Positions 1-12,661 of a DNA stretch of 64,000 nucleotides are shown here, one piece after another. The position numbers and the translations under genes are program-made. This stretch comes from Scenedesmus sp. PABB004 (taxonomy: Eukaryota). The notes beneath the pieces were generated by a model. It was not told the origin of the DNA. It was given only the letters and a program-made list of their open reading frames with translations, and did not search any database. The stretch lies in contig JABVCE010000019.1 of the NCBI GenBank assembly GCA_014905635.1, forward strand, positions 124,001 to 188,000, given 5' to 3'. How positions within the stretch are numbered: the first letter of the stretch is position 1; every line of letters starts with the position of its first letter.

Positions 1-2490
1 GGGGGGGGGGGGGTGAGCATTGCTGGGTGGCGCGCACGACACATGGCGCCACGCGCTGCGCATGCTCACCACCGTCGAGCACACGCTGTTCACACAGTTG
101 CCAGACGAGCAGTCGCGGTCGAGTGTGCACGGCTGCTGGAGCGGGCAGGGGCGGCAGCTGACGCCGCCGCAGTCCGTGCCTGCGATCAGGCAGCGGCCAA
201 GCGTGAGGCCAGGCCGGCTGTCAGGGTAGCACCACAAGGCGGTGCGCAAGGCTGCTGAGGGGGCGCCGACCGCCCCGCACCCGTCTCGTCCTGGTTCTTG
301 ATGCCATCGGAGCACGTGGGCCAGGCCCCGCTGCACGTGCCCTGCACGCAGTTGCCCGTATCACAATCGGTTGCCGCCAGGCATGTGGTGCCAGTGGAGC
401 AGGCGCGGCAGGCGCTGCCACCGCAGTCTACGCCCGTCTCCAGACCGTTCTTGATGCCATCGGAGCAAGTTGGGTGCTGCGGGGTGTCAGCAATGAGGCA
501 GGTGAGACACCAGGAGCAAGGGGCTTGAGACGCAGCTCGCTGCATCCGCCCTTGCGCGTGTGCGCTCACCGGTTCGCCGCAGGAGCCTCCCTTGCAGTAG
601 TCAGAGCCGCAATCGGAGTCCACCTTGCAGGCGGCATGGATGGTGAGGCACGGGAGGCACGAGCTGCCTCCGCAGTCCACGTCAGTCTCGTCACCGTTCT
701 TGATGCCGTCAAAGCAGGTCGGCTCCTGTGTCTTGCACACGCCGTTGATGCAGTTGGCGGACGTGCAGTCATACGCGGTTGTACACTTACCGCCGACTGG
801 GCATGCCGGGCAAACGCCGCCGCAGGTGGTGCTAGAGCAGGACGGCGGCTGCGCGTTCCGGGCAGCAGCAGCAGCGCAGCGAGGGGGTTGAGCGCTGCTG
901 CACAGAGTGCCGCGCACACCCGCCGTGGCTGCGCTGCGCGCGCTCACCTTGCGGGCGCAGAAGCTGCCCCTGCACAGCAGGCCAGCGCCGCAGTCCGAGT
1001 CAAAGGTGCAGCGCGTTCCTCTGCGGCACTTGGGGCAGTTTGGCCCGCCGCAGTCGACGTCGGTTTCGTTGCCATTCCAGATGCCTGTGCGGTGCGCCAG
1101 CGGGGAGGGGATCGGGTCGTGCTGCAACCGCTGGCGAGAGCGCAGCGGCGGTCGCTGCCGCATGCTGCGGCCCAGCAGGGGGCGGGTGTGGTGCGCGCGC
1201 ACCGTCGTTGCACGTGGGGATCTGGGTGACGCAGCTGCCCTTGTTGCAGTTGCTGGATGCGCAGTCAGAGGGCCGCTCGCAGCGCTGCCCCGTGCCGCAC
1301 GGAAGGCAGCTCGAGCCGCCGCAATCCACACCTGCGAGTGCAAGAGCGTGGCGCAGCACATCGGCACCCAACGGCGCCTGCGGCAGATCCCCCCCTCCTC
1401 CCCGTGGGCGCGGGCCACCAGCCCCACCTGTCTCGCCCGGGCTCAACAGGCCGTCCTGGCAGGATGCAGACAGCACGGCGCAGAAGCCACCCTTGCAAAG
1501 ACCATCTGTGCAGTGCGCAGAGTTGGAGCACTGCTTGCCGGTCGAGCACGTAGGGCAGCTCCCGCCGCAGTCCACGTCTGCGTGCGTGTGCGTGTGCGTG
1601 AGGCGGCGGCAGCGGATCAGGCGGCGTCGTGCGGCAGCGCCCGTAGCGGGCACCCCGTGCGCTGCGCGGCACACCCGTCTCGTCACCGCTCTTGACGCCG
1701 TCCGTGCAGTGGGCCGGGGTCACCTGCGCGCGCACACACAGCGATGGGTCGGTCCACAGGGCCCAACAAGCCGCCCCCTCGCTCCCCCGCTCGCGCGCCC
1801 CGCTGTGCGTGCGTGCGCGCGCCACTACTCACCACACCGCCGGTGACGCACTGGCCGGCGCTGCACGCGCCCCCGGTGCAGGCCGCGCCGTCAGCCTGGT
1901 TCCTCCAGTAAATCATGCCCGTGTTGGCGTCGCACCCCAGCGGCGCGCGGCACTGCTCGGGCGGGGGCCGCACGCATGCGCGGCATGCCGACGTGCCGCC
2001 GGGCGACCAGGCGCCCGCCGCGCACTTTGTGCAGGTGGGGCCGCGCGCATAGCCGTAGCCGGGCACACAGACTGCGGCAGCGTGAGGTGTGAGGGGAGGC
2101 GAGAGCGCGCGCCTTGGTCCGCTTGCTACGCGTAGCGGGCCGCGCACCGTCACACGACTTCGAGTTGTGGCCGACGGTGGTGAAAGGGAAGGGGCAGCGG
2201 TTGCAGCCTCGCTTGGAAGTGGTGAGTGTGTAGCCTGGGCTTGAGCACAGGCAAGTCGGCGGCGAGCCAGGGGTGCAAGCCGCGCAGCCCGGGATGCCGC
2301 AGCCATGCAGGGCCGCGCTCGGCGGCAGCTTGACACCGCACTTATTCTCCGCCGCGGCAACAGTCGCGGGGACTGCCGCATGTGCGGCCGTGGCAGCGGC
2401 AAGCATCAGCGCGAGAAACGTGGCAAGGGCGGGGCGGCGCCCTTGCACGCAGAGCTCCGATGAACGTGGGTACATGTTTAGCGACTTCAT
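1..2490 (-). CDS. Secreted Cys-rich repeat protein, copy A (5' portion; continues off the left edge); multi-exon
   Basis: ATG at 2490 (MKSLNMYPRSS...LATFLALMLAAATAAHAA, signal-peptide-like). Followed by a GCC2/GCC3-like CAAGAWSPGGTSAC module and repeated CxDGxKNGxETDVDCGG modules in exons bounded by GT-AG. Paralog of 4609-12661. Confidence 0.85.
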
Positions 2491-2720
2491 GAGAAAACGT
2501 GAGAGCCCGCAAACTGCTCCCGGCAGCGCTCGATCGGCCGGAAACGCATAGCGTAGCTCACTCTTTGGCGTTCACTCGGAAGGGTTATATGACAACTTTG
2601 TGACAGTGAAGTGGTGCGCGCCAGCGCTGCCGCTGGCTGCCTTGGCGCTGAACAAAACGGGCGGCAGGCGGTGGTCTGGGCAGTCTTTCTCGCACGAACG
2701 AAAGGCAGCGGCTGGGTCTG
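1..2720. repeat. Tandem segmental duplication, copy A (copy B at ~10177-12880)
   Basis: Position 13 aligns to 10189 and the ORF track repeats at offset 10176. Virtually identical to ~1975/12150, then visibly diverged. Homology resumes at 3466-3830 vs 13325-13728. Confidence 0.95.
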
Positions 2721-2825
2721 AGCAGCCGCACCACCTCGCGCCGCCCCCCCCCGGCGTGCTGCCGCCGCCCGCGCGCGCCCGCGCCCGCGCACGCGCGCAC
2801 ATGCATGCCACGGCGGAGTCCGGGT

Positions 2826-2977
2826 ATGGAGCCACCGGGTATGAGTGCCAGGCGCAGGCGCAGCGCCTGCGCGGGGTGCGGGTGCTGCAGCAGCAGGCCG
2901 GCCAGCAGCCCGCTGAACAGCTCATCGCCGCCGACGCCCACGACGCCGTCGAGCTCCGCGAGGCGCTCGAGCGCCAT
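2826..2977 (-). pseudogene. Isolated fragment of a DAG-kinase-catalytic-domain lipid kinase (sphingosine/ceramide kinase-like)
   Basis: ALERLAELDGVVGVGGDELFSGLL...HPHPAQALRLRLALIPGGS resembles the GGDG and lxxIPxGS motifs. It matches 14305-14400 on the opposite strand. Confidence 0.7.
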
Positions 2978-2979
2978 AA

Positions 2980-3318
2980 CGCGTCGTGGCGGTCACCGAG
3001 CAGCAGGCGCTTCATGCTCTCGTAGGTTCCCCACGACACCGCGGCGGTAGGGCTGTTGAACAGCACGCGCGGCTTCACACCGCGCCAGATCGCGGCCAGG
3101 CCCTCCTCCGCCACGATGCGGCGCAGCACCGGCAGCTGCGCGAGCGGATGAGAGATTGGGAGGGGGGCAGGGCTCAGCCGGGCGGCAGCGCGGCAGCGCA
3201 GCGCAGCGCCGCAGGCGCGAGCGCGCACCACCGCGGTGGTGCCGTTGCGCTTGGGCGCGAGCACGCCCTCCGTCTGCAGGCGCGTCTTGACCACGTCCAG
3301 CGGCGTCGTCACCGCGGC
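2980..3318 (-). pseudogene. Mitochondrial carrier (SLC25, mitoferrin-like) third-repeat fragment retaining one intron
   Basis: AVTTPLDVVKTRLQ (PxDxxKxRxQ signature), an intron, then LRRIVAEEGLAAIWRGVKPRVLFNSPTAAVSWGTYESMKRLL. No N-terminal repeats are present. Confidence 0.8.
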
Positions 3319-3373
3319 GCGGGGGTCTGCTGAGGCGGCCGCTCCTGTGGCGGCCGCCCAGGTGCGAGCTGCG

Positions 3374-3459
3374 CCTGTGGCTTGATGCGTGTGGCTTGAT
3401 GCACCTGTGGCTTGATGCGTGTGGCTTGATGCGTGTGGCTTGATGCGCCTGTGGCTTGA
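3374..3459. repeat. Minisatellite, TGTGGCTTGATGC core, 14-16 bp unit, ~6 copies
   Basis: Directly visible tandem gtggcttgatgc units. Confidence 0.9.
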
Positions 3460-3688
3460 TACCATCCGGGCTTGGCGTCGCCGTGGGCGATGCTGCGCGC
3501 CGTGAGCTGAGCGCTGAGCCGCGTCGGGGCCGATCCGGCCTGCCTGCACGGCCACCGCGGTGCTGCGTCAGCAGCCGTGGCGTGCGCAGACCTCCGCCGG
3601 CCGTGGTGCGAGCAGCGCGCCAGGGGCAGGCAGCCGGCGGCCCGCCGCCACGCGGAGCAGCGCGCCGCGCGGTGCGCGTGCTGCCGCG

Positions 3689-3827
3689 ATGTGGCTCGGC
3701 CGCCGCCGCGTGAGCGTGGCAGGCGACGAGCAGGGCCTGCTGCTAGAGGTATCGCCGCCGGAGCGGCGCTGCTACTGCCCGTCGCTCTGGAGCCGCAGCG
3801 GCCCGCCGCGCAGCGAGCTGCGATACG
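3689..3827 (+). pseudogene. 5' exon remnant of the lipid-kinase gene (paralog of 13551-13728)
   Basis: MWLGRRRVSVAGDEQGLLLEV...RSELRY is homologous to the start of the kinase pseudogene at 13551. No continuation follows. Confidence 0.6.
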
Positions 3828-4608
3828 GTGTCGAGGGCGCAGCGGGCGCGGGCGGCGCAGGGGGCACGGGCGGCGCATGCCGCGGGTGTGCCGGCAAGGC
3901 GAGGCGGCGTGCCTGGGTAACGAATGGGCTGGCACGCGAGCCGGGCGTGGCGCTGTTGCCGTGCGCCACATGCTCACGGCGGCAGCGCCGCGATGGTGGC
4001 AAAGCCGAGCAGCGCCGGGATGCCGTGCTCGCGTGCCTCGTCTGCCAGCGCCGTCGTTCTACCACCAGCCCCGGCCCTGGTGCGCAGCCCGCCTCGAACG
4101 TGCAGCACCTTGGCCAGGCAGTCCCTCTCTCTGGATCTGCAGCACATAGTCCTTGCTCACATGCGACGCGGCAGCGCCGTAGAACAGGCACGGCAGGTGG
4201 GCGGGCGCTTGCTGTCGCTGGGTTTTGCCGAAATCGCCACCGCCACGCCCAGACGCACACTAGGTGGGTCTTTACCTCAAGCAAGTCTTTCCGTAAAACG
4301 ACGTTCTGTGCGATGCGCTTAGCAAGGCTGGTTGCACCAAACGGGACCCCACACCTTTCCTTGTCTTGCCTTTGCCGCCGGGCTGCTGACCATGGCAATG
4401 CCGACCAGCCCTCGCGCCTGCGCATTCATCAGGACAGGGCACAAAGCCGTCAGGCCAGCTCAGTAGTGTGCCAGCCCACCTCCCCGAGTCCCTCTCCTTC
4501 ATCTATCTCCCTCCTTGGCCTGTTCACGGCGAAGCTGGGAAGGGGCCAGGCAGGGACGGACGAGGGTCATTGCTGAGCAGGCTCGCCGCTGCGGACTGGC
4601 AACAGCAA

Positions 4609-7600
4609 TCAACAACCGCGCCAATCCATCAGCGCACCTGGTGCCACGTAAACCCAGCGCTGGTTGGGGTCGTTAGCATCACACGGCGCCGTTGAGACAT
4701 CTCCGATAAAGTTGCAGTAGCTGCTGACCGCTGGGCAGGCCAACAGGCACTTTCCAGAGTTCACTGATTTCAGCAGGCGGCCGCCATTGGCCTCAGCTGT
4801 GGAGGCCCAGTACCAGCGCTGGTTAGACCCGTAATGGCACCCATATTGAATGACTGCGGCAGCGCGCGGAGGGCGGCGCATTGTCAAGCGGCGGAGGGCA
4901 CGCACTGTCTGGCGTCTCCTAAAGTTTCAGTGACTTACTGTTGCCCTGTGCAGAACCGCAGGGGGCGCTGTTGCAGATGTCAACACAGTTGGGGCCCGTC
5001 GTCTCCAGCGCAAACTCCTGTCCATTGGTGGTGTTGGCCCGGTAGTTGGGGCGCCACGCGGGCACGTTGGGCGTGTCGGCAGGCACAGAGTAGATGTTCC
5101 GTTCTCCGCTCTTCACCCAACCCTGGCATGCCGCCGTCTGGCATGTCTGCATCACTTTGTAGGTGTCAGGATTGTAGAAGCCCTCGAGCGCCGCAGCTGT
5201 GACGAACCGGCAGCGGCGCGGTGCAGCAGGGCGTGAGCGCGCGCGCCGACACCCGGCGCATTGAGCACAGCGCTCCCATGCTCCCAGCTTACGCAGGCAG
5301 GACTTGGAGATCGGGTCCCACACAAAGGCCGCAGTGCAGTTGCACGTGTAGCCTGTGTCAGGCGCTGCCATGTCGGCACAGGTACCATTGATGGTGTTGG
5401 GTGTGCCGTCGCATGGGTTGCCCGTGCAGCCATCAATGTCTGCGAGCAGCGTGCCATGACTGTGACCCCAGGGTGGGCCCAGGCAGCCCAGCAGCACAGC
5501 AGTACAGCAGCGGAGAGCTACTGTCAGGGCAGCCCAACGACGACGAGCGCTGGCACACCCACCTGCGCATGTGTTGGCTGTAGCATCATATGCACGGCCC
5601 GAGGCGCAGCCGCACACGTACCCGGTTCCCGGGGCAGGCACGTCTGTGCAGCTGCCGTCCGAGTTGGCAACAGCGGCGCACGTGTTGTTCACACAGCCGT
5701 TGATGTCTGCGGGCAGGTGAAAAATGGGTGTCAACACAGTTGACACACATATTTGCCAAAAACCATGAAAACATGCAGCCAGCTACAAACCTTGGCAAGA
5801 TGTGGTGTTCCAGAAATATCCAGATGAGCACCTGCGAGATTGGTCAGGGAATTTGTTGCTGGTTTGTGTGTGATGGTTGGTTGGTGGTCGAGAGCAGCAG
5901 CAGCACCCCCTCCCCCTGGGGCACGGCGCGCACTCACTGGCACGTGAAGCCAGTGCCAGGAGCTGCCACGTCGGCACAGGTACCATTGATGGCGTTGGTC
6001 GTGCCGTCGCATGGGTTGCCCGTGCAGCCATCAATGTCTGCGGGCAGAGCACCATGAATGTGACCCCAGGGCCGGGCAGCCCAGCAGCACAGCAGTGGAG
6101 AGCTACTGTCAGGGCAGCCCAACGACGACGAGCGCTGGCGCACCCACCTGCGCATGTGTTGGCTGTAGCATCATATGCGCGGCCCGAGGTGCAGCCGCAC
6201 ACGTACCCGGTTCCCGGGGCAGGCACGTCTGTGCAGCTGCCGTCCGAGTTGGCAACAGCGGCGCACGTGTTGTTCACACAGCCGTTGATGTCTGCGGGCA
6301 GGTGAAAAATGGGTGTCAACACAGTTGACACACATATTTGCCAAAAACCATGAAAACATGCAGCCAGCTACAAACCTTGGCAAGATGTGGTGTTCCAGAA
6401 ATATCCAGATGAGCACCTGCAAAGTTGATCAGTTTTGTTGGTTTGGGCGTTTGTTAGTGGCTTTAATGGTTGAGAGAGCAGCACGCCATCCAACCCCGCC
6501 CCCCGGGCACACCCCGGGCACGGTGCACTCACTTGCACGTGTAGCCGGTGCCAGGCGCTGCAACGTCGACGCACGAGCCGTTCATGGCGTGTGGGACGGT
6601 GCCACATGGGTCGTTGCGGCACCCATCTGTGTCTGCGAGACAGGGAGAGAGAGGGAGAGAGAGAGGGAGCCGAAAACATTGGAGGTGTGGAAGAGCGAGC
6701 AAGCAGCGCAAGGCCTTCTCATGCCCTACCTACCTTTGCACTGCTTGGCGCTCTTGCTCCAAGAGTACCTGCAATGACACAGGCAGACAGGTGAGAGGGG
6801 TGGTGGCTGTTGCAGCGCATGAGCATTTCTTGCAGCGCTTGAGCATTTCTTGCAGCAAAATGAGCATTTCTTGCAGCAAAATGAGCATTTCTTGCAGCAA
6901 AATGAGCATTCCTTGCAGCAAAATGAGCATTTCTTGCAGCACAATGCATTCCCATTCCCTCACCCTGTGCGACAGGCGCAGCTGTAGCCATTTCCAGGAG
7001 CCTGAGTGTCGATGCACGTACCATTGGCGTTGGTCACATTGGAGCACGGGTTGCCCAGGCAGCCGTTGGTGTCTGCGATTGACAGCAAGGGTGTAAGGTT
7101 CAGCATTTAATGAATTCAAGCCCACTCTGTTTGCGCAAATACAGCCTCCACCCACCGATACATTTGTTGGCGGATGCATCATAGGAGAGGCCGGCGCTGC
7201 AGGCGCACGTGTAGCCTGTACCGGGCGCTGGAACATCGATGCACGTGCCATTGCTGTTTCCTGGAACAGCACCACAAGTGTTGTTGACGCACCCGTCCAC
7301 ATCTGCAGGCAAAAACAGCGGGGGTTGAGCATGTACGTGGCAGCAGCATGAGGCAGCGGCGGCAAACCTGCGTTTTGCTCACCGACACACGCGCCAGAGA
7401 CCCACTGCGCGCCATTGATGCAGCCACACACAAACCCACTGCCAGGCGCTGGCACGTCCGTACAGGCACCGCTGGCGTTGGTCATGTTGGAGCATGGGTT
7501 GCCCAGGCACCCATTTGTGTCTGCAATGGGGGGCATTGGTTTGGAAATACTCAGGACTGGGCAGCCCTATCGCGCTCAGCGTCTGCCGCCGACGAGCGAG

Positions 7601-10600
7601 GCAACTTCCCGCAACGGCAAACATTCCCAGTAGCACAATCATGTTGTTCACACCCACCCACCTTTGCACTTGAGGGCAGCGGTGTCCCAGCTGTAACCGG
7701 TGTCGCAGCCGCACACGTAGCCCGTGTTTGGCGGAAGCACATCAGAGCAGCGGCCGTTGGAGTTGGCCACACTCTTGCATGGCGCGTTGGTGCAGCCGTT
7801 GGGATCTGCGGGCAGGCAGTCTTAGCAACGCCCTTTGGGCTCGCGGAAGCACAACACGCAACACTGAACACGCAACACTGAAATGAGGTCACTCACCTAC
7901 GCACTGCCTCGTTGGCTGGTTGAACTCATACCTGCGAGCGGGCGACCGCGTGACGCAGACTGTCAGCTCGCAGTTCAATGCAGGTAATGCATTGAGGTTG
8001 TGCACATTTCAGACAAGACAAGAGCTCACCCAGGCTTGCAGCGACATGTGTACCCGGTGTCTGGGGCGCGCACGTCCGTGCAGCTTCCAATGACGGCGTT
8101 GGGGTCGGCATCACAGGGGTTGGACGCACAACCATTGGTATCGATGCATGTGCGCAACGCAGCACTCCAGCTGAAGCCGGTGCTGCACCCGCAGCTGTAC
8201 TGCATGCCCGGCAGGCTGGAGCACACGCCGTTCGAGAACGGCAAACCCTGGCATGGGTTGGTGACACACGCGTTTGTCGCTGTGCACACCTTGGCAGCCG
8301 CCGCCCAACCGTAGCCTGGTTGGCGCAGCAAGAGGGGGCGCGCGTGCGTGAGCGGCGGCGTGAACGCTGCAGGCACGCCTGTCGCTGGTCACCTCGCAGC
8401 CTCCCAGCCCATCCGCCCACCACCCACCTGGGTTGCACTCGCAAGTGAAGCCAGTGCCAGGCGCAGGCACGTCGTGACAGACACCATTAGCATTCGCAAT
8501 GCCAGCACACGGCTTGTTGGCACAGCCGTCCTCGTCTGTGTATTGGCAGCGAGCAAGGGCGAGGGGTGGTGAGCGGGGGCAGCGCGCAGCGTGCGGCGTG
8601 CAGCGTGCAGAGGCAAGTCCCGGCTCTCCTGCGACGCACCTTGGCACTTGCGCGTCATAGCGTTGAAAACAAAGCCGGGATTGCACGTGCACGTGTAGCC
8701 GCTGTCGGGCGCCGGGACGTCCTTGCAGCTGGTGGCATTGGCGTTGGGGTCGGCCTTGCAAGGATTGCCGGCACAGCCGTCCGTGTCTGCGCAGGCGCAG
8801 CAGGCGGGCGAGCAAGTTGGGCGGGCGAGGGTTGGTGAGACGCTGGCACGCTGCAGGGCGTGACGCCCGTTGTCACGGTGCAGCATGGCCATGCTTACCT
8901 CTGCACGCGCCGGCGCTGGCAATCCACGTGTAGCCTGGGTTGCAGCCGCAGGTGTGGCCCGCATTGGGCAGGTCAGAGCAGAAGCCGTTGGAGTTGGCGA
9001 CGTTGGCGCAGGGCTTCAGCACGCAGTCGCTTGTCGCTGCAGTTCACGGCAGGCGGGGGGGACAGGGGACAGGGCGTGCGTGTGAGAGAGGGTTTGACGG
9101 GCACACGGACGCTTGCAGCAGCGCGCGCGCAAACCCACTTGTGCACTGCTTGGTGGCAGCATCCCAACCGAAGCCGTTGGTGCAGTCACACATGAAGCCG
9201 CTGCCAGGCGCAGCGACGTCGTGGCAGGTGCCGTTGGAGTTGGCCACCTTGGCGCAGGGGTTGCCGCCCGCGGGGGCGCAATCGTCCTTGTCTGCGGGCA
9301 GCACAAGAGCCCCGGGGCGGCAGCTTGAGCTCAGGCCTAGACTGCGAGCGCGCCCCGTTCAGCGGAGCCCGCTGGGGCACGCACTCACCGATGCACTTGC
9401 GCTGCGACGCGCTCCACGCCAGGCCGCGAGTGCAGCCGCAGCTGAAGCCGCCGCCCGCGGTGTTGGAGCACGCGCCGTCCGACCCGACGACAGCAGCGCA
9501 GGGGTTGTTGACTGGGTCGCACGTGTTGTTGTTTGCTGCGACGGCGAGCGGGCAGGGCCGGAGTGTCGACAGAAGATGGCGCACAAGGGGCACAGAGGCA
9601 CACAGACGCACACCCCGTCACTCACCCGGGCTCGGGCTCGGGCTGGGCCTGGGGACAGGGCTCGGGCTCGAGGGGCTCGGGCTCGATGGGCTCGGGCTCG
9701 ATGGGCTCGGGCTCGAGGGGCTCGGGCTCGAAGGGCTCGGGCTCGGGCTGGGCTTCTGTGCCGGGGTGGTGCACGTGGACGTGGCCGGGTTGCAGGAGAA
9801 GCTCGCGCAGTCGCCATCCGAGTTGCACGACTTGTTCTCGCCGCAGAGGGCGCACGAGCTGCCGCCGCAGTCCACGCCGCTCTCGTCGCCGTTCTTGACA
9901 CCGTCGGTGCAGGTCGGCTCCTGCAGTGGGCAGCCGGCATCATGCCGATGGTCGGCATCAGCTTGCTGCTAATCTGAGCGGTTTTGCCGAGCGAGCGCGG
10001 GCAGGCACAATCACGCACCTTTGTCGCGCACACGCCGCCGACACAGTTGGTGGACGCGCAGTCAGACGAGGTGGTGCACTTGCTGCCGGCTGGGCATGCA
10101 GGACAGGTGCCACCGCAGGTGGTGTTTGAGCAGGACGGCGCCTGCGCGTTTCAGGCAGGTGGCGGAGGCACAGCGAGGGGGGGGGGGGGTGAGCATTGCT
10201 GGGTGGCGCGCACGACACATGGCGCCACGCGCTGCGCATGCTCACCACCGTCGAGCACACGCTGTTCACACAGTTGCCAGACGAGCAGTCGCGGTCGAGT
10301 GTGCACGGCTGCTGGAGCGGGCAGGGGCGGCAGCTGACGCCGCCGCAGTCCGTGCCTGCGATCAGGCAGCGGCCAAGCGTGAGGCCAGGCCGGCTGTCAG
10401 GGTAGCACCACAAGGCGGTGCGCAAGGCTGCTGAGGGGGCGCCGACCGCCCCGCACCCGTCTCGTCCTGGTTCTTGATGCCATCGGAGCACGTGGGCCAG
10501 GCCCCGCTGCACGTGCCCTGCACGCAGTTGCCCGTATCACAATCGGTTGCCGCCAGGCATGTGGTGCCAGTGGAGCAGGCGCGGCAGGCGCTGCCACCGC

Positions 10601-12661
10601 AGTCTACGCCCGTCTCCAGACCGTTCTTGATGCCATCGGAGCAAGTTGGGTGCTGCGGGGTGTCAGCAATGAGGCAGGTGAGACACCAGGAGCAAGGGGC
10701 TTGAGACGCAGCTCGCTGCATCCGCCCTTGCGCGTGTGCGCTCACCGGTTCGCCGCAGGAGCCTCCCTTGCAGTAGTCAGAGCCGCAATCGGAGTCCACC
10801 TTGCAGGCGGCATGGATGGTGAGGCACGGGAGGCACGAGCTGCCTCCGCAGTCCACGTCAGTCTCGTCACCGTTCTTGATGCCGTCAAAGCAGGTCGGCT
10901 CCTGTGTCTTGCACACGCCGTTGATGCAGTTGGCGGACGTGCAGTCATACGCGGTTGTACACTTACCGCCGACTGGGCATGCCGGGCAAACGCCGCCGCA
11001 GGTGGTGCTAGAGCAGGACGGCGGCTGCGCGTTCCGGGCAGCAGCAGCAGCGCAGCGAGGGGGTTGAGCGCTGCTGCACAGAGTGCCGCGCACACCCGCC
11101 GTGGCTGCGCTGCGCGCGCTCACCTTGCGGGCGCAGAAGCTGCCCCTGCACAGCAGGCCAGCGCCGCAGTCCGAGTCAAAGGTGCAGCGCGTTCCTCTGC
11201 GGCACTTGGGGCAGTTTGGCCCGCCGCAGTCGACGTCGGTTTCGTTGCCATTCCAGATGCCTGTGCGGTGCGCCAGCGGGGAGGGGATCGGGTCGTGCTG
11301 CAACCGCTGGCGAGAGCGCAGCGGCGGTCGCTGCCGCATGCTGCGGCCCAGCAGGGGGCGGGTGTGGTGCGCGCGCACCGTCGTTGCACGTGGGGATCTG
11401 GGTGACGCAGCTGCCCTTGTTGCAGTTGCTGGATGCGCAGTCAGAGGGCCGCTCGCAGCGCTGCCCCGTGCCGCACGGAAGGCAGCTCGAGCCGCCGCAA
11501 TCCACACCTGCGAGTGCAAGAGCGTGGCGCAGCACATCGGCACCCAACGGCGCCTGCGGCAGATCCCCCCTCCTCCCCGTGGGCGCGGGCCACCAGCCCC
11601 ACCTGTCTCGCCCGGGCTCAACAGGCCGTCCTGGCAGGATGCAGACAGCACGGCGCAGAAGCCACCCTTGCAAAGACCATCTGTGCAGTGCGCAGAGTTG
11701 GAGCACTGCTTGCCGGTCGAGCACGTAGGGCAGCTCCCGCCGCAGTCCACGTCTGCGTGCGTGTGCGTGTGCGTGAGGCGGCGGCAGCGGATCAGGCGGC
11801 GTCGTGCGGCAGCGCCCGTAGCGGGCACCCCGTGCGCTGCGCGGCGCACCCGTCTCGTCACCGCTCTTGACGCCGTCCGTGCAGTGGGCCGGGGTCACCT
11901 GCGCGCGCACACACAGCGATGGGTCGGTCCACAGGGCCCAACAAGCCGCCCCCTCGCTCCCCCGCTCGCGCGCCCCGCTGTGCGTGCGTGCGCGCGCCAC
12001 TACTCACCACACCGCCGGTGACGCACTGGCCGGCGCTGCACGCGCCCCCGGTGCAGGCCGCGCCGTCAGCCTGGTTCCTCCAGTAAATCATGCCCGTGTT
12101 GGCGTCGCACCCCAGCGGCGCGCGGCACTGCTCGGGCGGGGGCCGCACGCACGCACGGCACGCCGAGGTGCCGCCGGGCGACCAGGCGCCCGCCGCGCAC
12201 TTGGTGCAGCTCGGGCCGGGCGCGTAGCCATAGCCAGGCACACAGACTGCGGGAGCGTGAAGTGTGAGGTGAGGCGAGAGCCGCGCCTTGGTGCGCTTGC
12301 TGCGCGTAGCGGGCCGCGCACCGTCGCACGACTTAGAGTTGTGCCCGACGGTGGTGAAAGGGAAGGGGCAGCGGTTGCAGCCTCGCTTGGAAGTGGTGAG
12401 CGTGTAGCCTGGGCTGGAGCACAGGCAAGTCGGCGGCGAGCCAGGGGTGCACACCGCGCACCCCGAGATGCCGCAGCCATGCAGGGCCGCGCTCGGCGGC
12501 AGCTTGACACCGCACTTGCTCTCCGCCGCGACAACAGTCGTGGGGACTGCCGCATGAGCCATGGCTGCGGCAAGCATCAGCGCGATAAACGTGGCCAAGG
12601 CGGGGCGGCGCCCTTGCACGCAGAGCTCCGATGAACGTGGGTACATGTTGACACGCTTCAT
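4609..12661 (-). CDS. Giant secreted modular glycoprotein, copy B: signal peptide, GCC2/3-like module, ETDVDCGG Cys repeats, SP-rich linker, ~15 EGF-like repeats, C-terminal ricin-B-type lectin-like domain; multi-exon
   Basis: ATG 12661 with a hydrophobic leader. Exons encode CxDGxxNGxETxVDCGG repeats, (SSPSP)n at ~9626-9752 and DxxGCxxNPC...CxDVPAPGTGYxCxC EGF-like units. Terminal QYGCHYGSNQRW...SGKCL...CDANDPNQRW carries QxW motifs. Stop at 4609-4611. Confidence 0.85.
5343..6420. repeat. Intragenic tandem duplication of ~585 bp including exons and introns
   Basis: 5728 aligns to 6313 (offset 585). The intron sequences are near-identical too. Confidence 0.9.
6818..6943. repeat. Intronic 21-bp minisatellite GCAGCAAAATGAGCATTTCTT, ~6 copies
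   Basis: Directly visible tandem units. Confidence 0.9.
9626..9752 (-). repeat. Coding 15-bp repeat encoding an SSPSP linker (hydroxyproline-rich-glycoprotein-like)
   Basis: ORF 9618-9875 reads KPSPSPSPSSPSPSSPSPSSPSPSSPSP. Confidence 0.85.

Noticed and set aside
3374..3459. Short repeat as a CRISPR array
   Set aside because: No unique spacers, no cas genes, eukaryotic context.
3900..4570. Lower-GC stretch with a P-loop-like GATSLAKRIA on the minus strand
   Set aside because: No proper GKT/S motif, stops in the coding-like frames and no recognisable family. Left unannotated.
6818..6943. 21-bp repeat as a CRISPR array or a metallothionein-like CCKKCSF ORF
   Set aside because: The units are contiguous without spacers and lie inside a GT-AG intron of the EGF gene. 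The Cys-rich ORF is a by-product of the repeat.
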